Source: Auanema rhodensis (taxonomy: Eukaryota > Animalia > Nematoda). From it: DNA of 64,000 nucleotides. Below, piece after piece: positions 1-11,802 of this stretch. Numbering within the stretch: the first letter of the stretch is position 1; the number at the start of each line of letters is the position of its first letter. The position numbers were made by a program, and so were the translations under genes. Below the pieces are notes generated by a model that made no database searches, was not told the DNA's origin, and saw only the letters and a list, made by a program, of their open reading frames with translations. The DNA lies in contig OZ059898.1 in assembly GCA_964057225.1 (NCBI GenBank), positions 5,084,001 to 5,148,000 on the forward strand, in the 5' to 3' direction.

Positions 1-386
1 GATAGCAATTAAGAGATAGTTATCAGATTTAACAACCTAAGAACATTTCTAAGTATATAATTAACATTTATTACATGTTCTGCCTTATTTGGTATGGCTG
101 ATTACAAATGGAGGAGGTAAGAAGAGGTACCGATTCTCTGTAATTATATGAAAACTGGTGGAGTAAATACAAGGACCCAACTATGAAAGGTCACCGGCTG
201 GTACACATAACAAAAACATTACCAGGGTAAAAAGTATAACAAAGAGAAGAATATAAATGTTTAAACTGATACAGAACAATTTGAAACCCGTTGAATTAGT
301 ATAGTAGTCGGCATATACACAATCCAAAAAATGAGATGAAATGATAATTGGAAGACAAATAACAACGATGCAAAATAAATAAATGT

Positions 387-3300
387 CTATGAAAGAGGAT
401 GTTGTGGATGTCCTGAAGATTCTTGCGAATCAGAAGCTGAGCTACTGGCCGACTGTAAAAATTACAAATTACAGTAGGCAGTATTTATTGGGGACCTACC
501 GCCGGTAATGAAGAAGACTGGGAGGGAGTATTCTGTTGCATCTGCAACTGTGGCGGCTGATGATTAGCTTGTGAATGTGTCGTTTGCTGAGAAGATTGGG
601 GAGAAGGTGTGAAACTTTGGGAACTTGGCTGAGTTTGACTATTTTGTGAAGCAGGACTAGGACTAGGTTCCGAAGAAGGAACAACGACCGAAGGGGTTAG
701 TTGTGGTGGTTGCGATGAATGTTGCTGAGACTGCTGCATGGAAGGTGGAGCTATTACAACCTATAGACAAAATAAAATTTAGAAATGTTTTCACTATTTA
801 ACTACCTGTGCAACTGTTTGGGGAGAACCTCCTCTAGAAGGAACATTCATACCACGGGTTAAAAGCTGCCTAGTCATAGGAGCTCCAGTATGCCCTACAA
901 ATAAATTTACATTATTCAAGTTTTTATAGTATTATCCTACGATTACCTTGAACAATTTGAGAACCACTTCTGGCATTTGGAGCCATTACCATTATACGGG
1001 AACCAGGAGGTAGGTTAGCAGGATTACGTGGAACAGCTCTAACTTGTTGGATCGGGGCAGCACGACCAGGCATCACCATGGTGGTAAGTTGCTGAATAAC
1101 AAGTTTAAGCAAAAAAAAATAGAGACTTTTCTTACCGGATTGTTAGGACTATTATTCATAGTTGTTCGTCGTGGGGGTAACCGTGTATTTGGTATCATTC
1201 GTACATTCGATTGCATCACATATCCACGTTCCGATATTGTTCCAGATCCTTGTGTCATATACATTCGAGTCCCAGTACCCTATAGTAGAAAATAAAATTA
1301 GGTATTCTGATATAATATTTTATACCCTTGGTACAACTCTTCCCGGAGCCTGTCTTTGAATTCCAGCAGGTATAGTCTGAGCACATGTAGTATAAACATT
1401 AGACGAATTTGGATTAGCAGATGTGAACCCTCCACCCGATTGTCCACCGCTGGTCACATAGCCAACTGGGGCACGAGTCATGCCAGTAGTAATCGGTGTG
1501 TTAGGAGGAGTTCGACGAGCAGGAGGACCAGTAAAGCTTCGGAAAACTTGATTAACTCCTTGACCGCCTGCTTCTTGACGCTGAAACAGATTTAGCTTAA
1601 CTATCAATATTAACATTTAAACACAAACTCGTATTCCAGGTACATTACTGTCATGACCAACTACCACATAACCTTGTTGTGCAGTTTGCTGCTGCTGCAT
1701 ATTATGAGCGTAATTGCTGCTTATTGAGCCAACACGACGTGCCAATGCAGGCTGAGTATATGTAACCTTAAATGAAGTTAGTCATTATAATGAAGACATG
1801 AAACAAAATTACCACGTTGTGTTCTTGCTGCATAGACGATTGAATACTCTGTGGAGGAGGTGCAGGAGGTCTGACGGGCTAAAAATAAATATAATTATTA
1901 GAAGTGGGTATGATACCATATAATACCTGAAGAGGTACAACCTCCAAAACAAAAGGAGCTTTAGAGACAACGCTGCCTGTTCCTGCAGTAACCGCAGGTG
2001 GTCGAACGGTTACGCTGATAGATCTGAACGGTGAGCCCTATAAATCAAAATTGTATACAGCAAACAAAAAACAGTATTACCCCGCGATCTTCAGCCGGTT
2101 GTTTTTCAGGAGCCTTCTTACGTTGTTCGGAAGTGAAATGCTTGTCTTCCTAAATTACTTACTAACTTACATAGATTTCATAGTTTACTTACATGAATAA
2201 GAACAATATCTTCAGCCGATATGCGATGAAGGTTGAATTCATTGAGCTTCGCTTCATGATTAGGAGGTAAACGACCATTCAAGGCATCAATTGAAACATT
2301 TTCTAAAACGGAACTACTGGTTTGTTTTGTTTCAGAATAATTACCTAATGATCGACGGAAAGGTTTCAAAGATTTGGATGCTAATGTAGAGATAGTCTTG
2401 ATTCTTCCTTGTATACTTTTTTCAAGAATGCTGGCAATATCAAATTCGTATTGCATTTCTGTGGTTACACGACCCTTCCGCAAATGAATCACTTCCAGTG
2501 GTGTTAAATTTACTTTTCTTGGTTTCTTAGTTAAAGGATCAATAGCAACCAATTGGCCATTTTCCCTGGGGCGAACAGCAGTTTGATAACGAATGCAACA
2601 CTGACGAGGAGATCTAAACTCATAAATAAATACAGAAATTAATTTATATTTTACCTGTAGAATCCGGTAACTCTGTTAACAAAACCAGATATAAACTCCC
2701 AATTGTAAGTCAATGGACATCGGTTTCTTTCCAGGAGATGTTTAAGCCGATTTTCATTTCTCACAGCCTAAAGTTTCATTTATTGAGATATACTACTATA
2801 ATTTAGTCTACCTCTAAAAGAGCTCTATCTTCAATTATATTCCATTCAGGGCCCTCGTATTCATATTCTTCTCTAACAGGTCTTGGCGGCGTAACAGCTC
2901 TTTCCAGATCCCGTTGAGATCTCTGATCATTTCTACCCCCTCTAGACTTTCTAGGAACTACGATTTCAGGGAACGCATCGTCTAAACATAGAAAATTAAA
3001 AAAAATAATTGAAAAAAATTGATTGCCTATTTTAATGTTACTGAATTCGTTGTTCGAACAGTTTTCTTCTGGATAGGGTGTTGATGTATTGAACAATCCT
3101 GAAGTACGAGGATCAGTAGCAGATTTGAGAAGCTGCAGAACAGTCTGTTCGGTTGAGAGTGAATTGGTATTGTGTGATCCTGAACAGATGAATAAGAAAT
3201 TTTTTGAACATACCACTGTTAATACTTTTAACAGGACTGGGTTGCTTTGTAAGCGGTCGATGTAAATCATAAATCGTTGGTGGTAAGCGTGCTTCACCCA

Positions 3301-6300
3301 TAAAATCTGGATCATACAGAAGATCAAGGCATTCGTCATAATACACATCGTTTTCAGAATCAGACACAGGGGGAGTAGGTGGAGTCCAAGACTTTAACAG
3401 AAAGTTAAACGGTGCTAGATAGTTTGTAACTTACAGGCATGAACTGGTCAAAAATATCAGGACCATCGGCAAGTATCTGAAGATAAAGAAAACTAGTTTT
3501 TTTTGCTAAAACATTTGGTTTCTTTTCATATTTTGAAATATGCAAACCATTTTTCAAAACAAAATCGTGTTACTCAGTTTTCGTAGCGGTTCTAAGGCAT
3601 GCAGCCTGCGGTCTATCGACGCCCGACCCGTGCCGTCTCGACACCTGGCGATCAGTTGAAAATATTAAAATCTTCGATCTGACCGTCCTCTTCGAGGCCG
3701 AGGTGCGTGGTCTGTCGAACGAATCGAACGACGCGCCACAGACCGCAGACTGGCGCCACGGATCAGGAGACGATAAATAACAGACATAACATACTTCATA
3801 TACCACACGTCAACAATTTACAAAACAAGCTATAAATATTCTGGGACAGGGATGGGACAATATAAAAGCTAACAAAGTATCATTGAAAAAAATGTTATAA
3901 AGTAATAAAGTCTACCGAGCTGGATACCCGAGATAATTAACCGAGAATATCGCAATATGCGAAGCATGTGTTAGGAATATGAGTGAAAAACCTGCATAAT
4001 ACCAAGGCAAAAAGGAGGGATAAGATAACGGAAGTTATACACCTCATTTTAGCTTAACAAAATGAGACATGATTAAAATCTATCAGTCTTCAACAGAAGA
4101 CCCCCGGCCTTCAGATCGATCACGCCTAAACGAAAAACGAGGTCTAGCATAATCGCCAAGACTAGGTCTTACATCTTCATGTTGTGCTGGTACTACACGC
4201 ATAGACGTGGGGGGTGTGACAAAAACAAGTCTCGTAGGGACATTCGATCTCCCTTGAATTGGTATATTTGAAGGCCGGGTAATATAAGTATTAGTGGAGG
4301 AAACTACTTGATAACGACCTGTAGTTGCCCGATCAGCGTGAAAATATGGCCGTTGAGGGCTAATTACTTTGACAGGTAACATTAAGCGTGGACTAGAAGA
4401 GGAGGGTGATGTGGATAAAATACGATGTGGTGCTCCTCTCTCTGGAAAGACTGGCATAACAGTAGAAGGTCTCTGTGTACTGCGGGGAGACTCTTCAGAA
4501 TTAGATTTCGAAGATGTTGGAACAAGAAATTCGGCACGTGGCCTTTGAGGAAGTGAGGAATGCGGCCGTTTCAAAGTGGTTTTAATAATAGATTTAGGAG
4601 GTAAAGAGGAAGCGGAAGAGACAGTGGCCTGAATCTCCACTTTTTTAGGTGGAGCTGGAGCTGCTGCAACTGGAGCAGGTTCTGGAGAAACCGGAACAAA
4701 ATCAGACTCCAAGGGTACTCTACGAGGACGACCCGGTCGCCTTTTCATAGCAATACCATTTATAATGGTTTGGGGAGAAGAATTGTTAGAAATAGTCTTA
4801 GCACGGTTTACGGCTTTCTTAACGGCCGAGCGAGCCGCGATCTGTTTCGAAGAAGTAACTAGAGAGGCACTACGTCTAGATGAATTTTTGAGGGGCGAGC
4901 TTTTCTTAGCTAAAGAAAGTTTACGGGCAGATTGGCGAGAGGGTACCAGGCGGGGACGAGCATTGTTTTGAGCGGCGCGGTCACGACGACGGCGAGACCG
5001 TACCTCATCAAGAAGTGATCCACATCCATAGAAATCGTCCTCCACATTATTTTCATCGTTCATAGCTTTCTCATGAGCCTTTTGCCAATCATCTTTCTTT
5101 TGTTCAATCAACGCCTTAATAGAAACATAAAAAATACAAAAAATTTCGGGTAAATTATTACCTCAGCTTCTTTTACTTCTTCTTCGAACTCTGGCTTATA
5201 CTCTGCTTCAAGGAAATTTACAGCGTATCTCTCGATGGGCTTGAGCTAAACAAATATTTGACTAACATTTATACATAACTACAAACCTGTCCAATTAGTT
5301 CAATATATTTATCATCCATGATATCATCGCCACCAGAAAGCTGACTCGAGGTTAACTTTTCCTCAAATTCGGCAGAGTCAACTTTAGCTTCAGCTGAAGC
5401 CATCTTGGCTGCTGCCACGTCTTGTTCGTCTTCCAATGAAGACATAGCCTTGTCGAGCTCTTTTTGATCGCGTGGAGCACTAATAGCGGTCGATATTTCT
5501 TCCGCTCCAATCTCTCCAGCAAACAAATCCCTAAAAATTCGAATTATTATATGATTTTACACTATATAACAATAGGTTACCTAATATTATCAGATTGCTT
5601 GAAAAAATCAGGTGTAAAGCCAGCTTCATCAATTGCTAGCTCACCGAGACGTCTTTTTTGAATAGCTTTTTTCAATATATTTTCTTCTATAGTTCTCTCC
5701 GAAATCAGACGATATATGGAAACACTTCTAGTTTGTCCAATCTAAACAAAGACTGTGAAAAGCTCCAAATCGGCCAACTTACTCTATGGCAGCGATCTTG
5801 AGCCTGTGCATCCATTGTAGGATTCCAATCAGAGTCATAGAAAATAACAGTGTCGGCTCCGGTAAGATTAATTCCTACACCACCCGATCGGGTTGAAAGG
5901 ATGAAGCAGAATATTTTATTATCCGCATTAAATCTCTCCATCATTGCTTGACGCTGTTCGATTCCAGTGGAGCCGTCCAAACGGAAGTATTGATAGCCAT
6001 GGTAAGAAAGGAAAGCCTGTATATAAGAATAAATATTATTCCAAATATTGCTCATACCTGTAGTACATCCAGCATTCTCGACATTTGAGTGAAAATTAAG
6101 CATCGGTGCTTGTACAAGTACAGTTCACGTAAGAGGTTTGCTAGTATTTGCAATTTTCCACAATCATATTCGATCAATCTTAGTTCTGGGAATTGAAGTC
6201 GCGTATCTAACATAACTTTATGAGCATGGTCAGAACACCTTTGATATATCGATCTTAAATCATATCTGGTAAATCAATAAAACAGTTATTTGAAAAACCT

Positions 6301-9300
6301 TGCTAAATCACTAATATTCCTTTGGGTTAGTAAAGCTGAGGGAGTTCTCCCTGCGGAATAAGCAGTTACAACAGGGGAATCCGAGTGTGCTGGCGCCACG
6401 TACATGACAAACCTAAAAATATATAAATGAAGTTCAATTATAAAATATGGTTACTTTTTAACTACGAATCGAATTTTATTATCCAAGTGTTCTTCTATGA
6501 CTCGATTGTTTGCGTTCCACCCATCCCATAGCCAATCTGCACCACTACGATGAACCTATTTTAAAACAATTAAGACCGTTCAATAGAGAATAAAAAACCT
6601 CCTTTATCTCTTTAGAAAGAACTTTGATCAACTCATTTGAGAAAATAGGTTGAGCTAATAATCCATAGCGAGATCTAACTTTCTGAAGTCGTTGGATTTT
6701 ACTATCCGCCAAACTTGTAAATACGTTAGCCTAAAAAAGCAAGTGAATATTTCTATAACATACAACAAGAACGTACAGGAACACATTCTTTATAGTCACC
6801 GGATACAAGTGAAGGAGCAGCTATTTTTCTACGCTTCATAGGAGGGCTGAACTGATACTTATAATTAACAATCGACTCCCGGGCACCGCCCTCGGCCATC
6901 AAATGATGGAAGCCGGAACTATTTCCAGCACTTCGAGCTGTATCCGAGGAAGTGTTTGATAATACAGTGCTAGATCTCAAAGATGGCTGAAAGATAACCC
7001 ATAAAATAGAAGGGAAAACAAAAGTCTTACGTGAACATTTAAAACTCGAGGTTTTTGAGAACCGTATACTTCTCGAACTTCTTGGTTTTCGATTTTGAAG
7101 TTGTGGAAATTTGCGAAAGTAATACCGAGATAGTGTAGAGATTTCTCTCCATTTTGAACAATCAGCTAAATTTTAAATCATTTTCTACATTCACACTAAT
7201 TCAAGAAATTTTACATACTTTGTATAGTCGAGTATTGGATTCTAAAACTACATTTTCAATTGAAATTTTTCCTTCCACCAGTTTGGCTTTGATCGCTCCG
7301 TTCAAAGCTGGAAAATATGCGTTATAAACAAAATCATATAATATAACATACGTTCAGAACGATTGTGCAATCTACCAATATCCTCATCATCTCTGACAAC
7401 GACAAATACATCTCCTTCAACTACTCCGACGTTACCAATAACAAGCGGATCTAACTCTAGCACGTAAGCTTTGAAAACCTCATCAGATATTTTCTTTAAA
7501 ACAAATTACGTCATAAATGAAATATAAATCTTCAAAACCTCTCGTCTTTCTAATGGGGGTCTTTGAATATTGAAACCTGCTACAGATGGCGGCGAAAGTG
7601 GAGCTTCGTACGAACTTAATTCTTCAATTGTAGGTTTTTTTGATTTCACCTGAATAAGTTATAATTTTTGCAATATAGTACTTTGAAATAAAAATTACCG
7701 ATGTAGTCCAACCATTCAAACGGTCATTCAATAGAAGACACTCAGGAACAGTTTTATCATCATGACTATTTTCACCACAAATATCAAACACCAAAGCAGG
7801 CAGTTCTGTTCTGATCTTAGAAAGAGCAAAGGGCGACATTACTGGTCGAGGTTCGAACAAATTAGGATGGTTACAGCACTTAAATAAAACAGTTTGACTT
7901 TCTTTTTTTTTAAAGCTCACCTTTCTTAATTGCATTACTATGTTCAAAACAGACATCATATTTCCCGATTTCAAATTATCCTTGGTACTGAACAAAAATA
8001 AACATGAGAAAAAATTGTATTACAAAAAACATACGTTCGTCGACTCATGAAATCATCATATAAATATCTTTGCCTTTTTGATAGCTCGCATTTAATTACA
8101 TGTTCTGTCTTTTCAGGGAGTTGTTTTTCCACTTCACTTTTCAAGCGACGTAAAATAAACGGACGCAAAACCTATACCAAACCTTAGAATGAATATAAAA
8201 TGCAACCCTACCTTATGAAGTCTTTGAACAAGAGGAGCATTGTATTCAACATTGCCTTCCATCATACCAGTGAGAGGGTTACTAAACCAATCTTTGAAAT
8301 CATCATGACTAGCAAAAATAGCTGGCATTAAAAAGTGCATCAGAGACCATAATTCCATCAACGAATTTTGTAACGGAGTACCTTCAACAACAAAATAGTT
8401 TAATAAACATTACAAAAAAACCTGTTAACAAAAGGCGTCTTCTAGCTCTGATATTTAAAAGAGCTTGCCAACGCTGGCTCTTCCAGTTTTTTATATTTTG
8501 AGCTTCATCTAAGATGAGGTATTGCCAAGCCTAAGGAAAAATAAACAATAACTTTACAACATATTTTTGTTACCTTCATTTTAAAGGACCGAATATCAGA
8601 GGTAATAGTCTTATACGAAGTAATGCAAATATGAAATGAGTTTTGTTTTGACCAACCCTATGTTATAAAACTGAAATTAAGCTAAGCTAAGAAAATACTA
8701 ACCTTTCTTTTTTCTCTTCTGTCACTAACACTTCCAAAATATGTTAAAATCTTAAGTGCTGGACACCATTTCTTGATTTCCATCTCCCAGTTGAGAATTA
8801 CAGATGTTGGAACAACAATTAAATGTGGACCCCATATAGATTCAGAACAAGCCAAATGAGCTAATAATGCTATGGTTTGAATGGTTTTACCCAATCCTGA
8901 AAAACATTACAATATTTTGTCGATTTTCAAATGTAGAAATTTACCCATTTCATCGGCCAAGATTCCGTTAAGATTTTTTTCATATAGGGTGACTAGCCAG
9001 TCCAACCCAACCATCTGATATTCACGAAGTGTTCCACGAATAAGAAACGGAACTTCCGTTTTCACCTTAAACCATAATCAATATAAAATAACTATAGAAC
9101 ATCATTATACTTGAGTTGTTTCCAAAGTAAAGCCTTTCGGTTGAAATTTCAATGCTTCTTCAGCTATATTAGCTAATTCCTGTTGACGTTCATCACTGTT
9201 AACACTGTGCAACTTAGCATAATCGACGTTTTCCAACATTCCTCGGCCATCACCATTTCCTTCTTCATGTCCTTCCTTCTTAACATCTTCGGAACTTTCT

Positions 9301-11194
9301 TCTATTCGCCTCCTCTTCGCACTTGAAGCATAGTCCTCATCCGCAGGCTAAATAACCGAATTGAAACAAGTTATCAAGGTGGTAAAAGAAACCTTTGCCT
9401 CTTCCGGTTTTTCCTCCTCTTCTTCAACGCTTTCATCACCACTCGTACTAGCATCATCCAATGAGTTCATACTAGTCCCATTGGACAAGGATGATGTAGT
9501 ACGAGAAGCATTCAGCCCCAAAGATGCTAGATAATCGGGTGGCAACTGAAAAATTAAACATGGGTTCAGAATGAATACAAGAATTTCATACAGATGCAAG
9601 CAATTCGTCTATATCCTGATCAGCTTCTTTGTTAAGAGCACTGACTTCTCCTTCCACATCGTGATTCTTTAGTGCCTTCTCATCTTTGGCAATAGTTGTT
9701 TCATCATCAGATTCATCATCATTTTGAAGATGAAACTCTTTATCATCACCTAAAATAGTAAAAATAATACACATGATTAGAGATTATGTCTTACGATCTT
9801 CTTTGGATGCGATCGAAGGTGACTTTGACGTTTTCTCTTGAACTAGACCTTCTTGTACCAAACTACTCAACTTGTCAGCTTCGCTAACAATAAATGCAAG
9901 ATGTTGATCAAGTGCTTTCCGTTTTTTCGATTCCAAAATTTCCTAAACAAAATGTTAATCAATTTAGGAAATATGCTTACTTGTGCTCTAAAGTCTACAA
10001 CTTTATCCACATTCTGCCAGAAGTCCCGAACCATCTTTGCTATGTTAGCACATATTCTTTTACCATCCTATAGACATGTTATCATGTATTGAAAATAAAT
10101 AAGATTTGTTTACCTTAATTCTTCTTTGCTCTGCTCTTTCAACTTCCATCTCTTGTTCTTTTTTCTGTTTGTGAATAGCACTAGCAATCTAAATGCATAT
10201 AATTTTGTTTGTAACAATAATAGTTACTTGCCTTTCGAGCCATACTACGCTTAAACAAGCGTTCTTGTCTGAAATCATTAGCCATCCATTTCACTTCTTC
10301 TAACAAATAATCCCAATGAGTTTTGTTACGCGGTGGCTCTACACACAACGGAAGACGACTTTGGGTCCACAACCCAGCTCGTCGTAATTCCGCTATTCTG
10401 GCCATAACTTGAGCTTCCTATGCACATAAAAGTGAAAAACTATATAAAGATATGTAACTACCTGCTTAGCTGCTTTTTCAACATTAGTTTCACCCGTATT
10501 AACAGACAACAACGAATGAGACTCAGTAACAGATCCCTGATTTAAAAAACTCATTAGAAGAACGCCGGAATAAAACTTTACCAGAGAACTATTTTCTTCA
10601 ACTTTAATTTCTATTGGGGCGAGAGCTTTAACAGGTGATCGAACTTTATTTAGCACTGAATTTAGTTTTTTTTATAATAATTGAGATCAATAGTAACCTT
10701 TGAGTGAGTTATCTGGTTGTACAGTTAGATGCCAAACTTCATTTGTATACTTACTGTTGGCTAAAATATCTTCGAGTAGTATCCCAGTAGTTCTAAACTC
10801 GAATTTACGGTTACACACAATGTTAAAACCTAAACCTTTTCTCTAATTCTTCAACATGACTATTCATAGCCATAAGTTTGGCACTGATGAATTCATTTAT
10901 TTTTTCCTCTGTCCATGCACTGTTTTCTCTACGCAGATTTCTTCGAAATTGAGCTTCCCTAATGAGGAAATATGAATTATTTTATATTGATATTACAATT
11001 ACCGTCGGTCACGGATAGCACGAATTTGGCGTAACAATCTAGCCACAAGTTCAATTTTCTGTTCATCTACATCTCTGTTTTTGCACTGGAATGCTACCCT
11101 TGTTTATAAAATTTCTCAGGAAACTTACATCTGTACTTGTGGAAGGACTATCATCCAATGCTGTTTTAATCGGGTGCCTACGGGAGGCACGCAT
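387..11194 (-). CDS. ssl-1: p400/Domino/SWR1-family SNF2 chromatin-remodelling ATPase, long (SANT-containing) isoform; multi-exon gene span
   Basis: HSA region ([31 protein letters not shown]). Split SNF2 ATPase ([129 protein letters not shown]). EP400-type [10 protein letters not shown] motif, SANT-like [27 protein letters not shown]-rich tail. Last exon 387-452 ends in TAG. ATG at 11194; a possible upstream in-frame ATG at 11263 via a short intron. Confidence 0.95.
3565..3775 (-). ncRNA. Unassigned structured RNA element in the ssl-1 intron / short-isoform 3' region
   Basis: About 59% GC over 3601-3770 (hand count) in AT-rich flanks. Nested complementary segments, e.g. 3733-3752 with 3602-3622, whose mismatches read as G-U pairs only on the minus strand. 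Confidence 0.55.
4083..5003 (-). CDS. ssl-1: Alternative terminal coding extension of ssl-1 (read-through of the 5' splice site at 5003), ~306 codons with an AT-hook
   Basis: Exon 5114-5004 ends LLDE|GTACGG. Unspliced, the frame stays open to tandem stops TGA TAG (4085-4080). The extension is basic, S/P/R-rich and contains KRRPGRPRR (4745-4719). Confidence 0.75.
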   Translation of the reverse strand, partial: VRSRRRRDRAAQNNARPRLVPSRQSARKLSLAKKSSPLKNSSRRSASLVTSSKQIAARSAVKKAVNRAKTISNNSSPQTIINGIAMKRRPGRPRRVPLESDFVPVSPEPAPVAAAPAPPKKVEIQATVSSASSLPPKSIIKTTLKRPHSSLPQRPRAEFLVPTSSKSNSEESPRSTQRPSTVMPVFPERGAPHRILSTSPSSSSPRLMLPVKVISPQRPYFHADRATTGRYQVVSSTNTYITRPSNIPIQGRSNVPTRLVFVTPPTSMRVVPAQHEDVRPSLGDYARPRFSFRRDRSEGRGSSVED

Positions 11195-11539
11195 ACCTCT
11201 TCCTTGAAGGTAAAATCAAAATAATTTTAAATGAAAGTTTCGACAAATATAACCGAACACCATAGAGGTTAAATACTAATGTGAATTTGAATCCTAAAAC
11301 AACCAAATAATTATTAGCCCCTCAAATTACTGATACTATTATAAATTATGTACATCGTCATGCAGCTGTAGGAACAAAAATAATATTATAAAATTAGATA
11401 ATAGAAAACGTTAATAACTATTCAAATCATGAAATGGATAAAAAAGCTTGACCCAGCATTGTGGGCGCCATTCTTCATCGTTCAAAGTGACGCGCACGCA
11501 TCTATATCGCGTTGCGGTTAACACAGCAAATTTGTTGCC

Positions 11540-11552
11540 CGGGAGATTTGAA
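11540..11552. promoter_or_regulatory. E2F/CHR (DREAM)-like element upstream of ssl-1
   Basis: CGGGAGATTTGAA, resembling a CDE/E2F half-site next to CHR (TTTGAA), in a small GC-rich patch (11455-11552) about 350 bp upstream of the ATG. Confidence 0.35.
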
Positions 11553-11802
11553 TTTTAGAAAAAAGAGCAGATTTAACTTGACACAATAATTTTAAATATT
11601 TTATATTGAATACTTAGATTATTATCACATAAGATTGAGTTGACATTATAAATTAATAGTAAAGCTTCTGCTTTTTACAATTTTATCACGGAGAAAATCT
11701 TAATATCAGGAGATAAATAGCAGGAGCGCTAATTTTAAGAGAAATGCTAAAAACTAAAAGCAATAAAACAATACTTCATAGGAATCCTAGAACATTAACA
11801 CC

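Noticed and set aside
3565-3775. ssl-1 intronic structure as telomerase RNA, SECIS, SRP RNA, RNase P/MRP or snoRNA
   Set aside because: No CUAAGCCUA-type template (only GCCUUAG), no AUGA/GA SECIS core, no SRP helix-8 or P4 motifs, and no convincing C box or H box. The 78-aa ORF across it lacks in-phase splice support.
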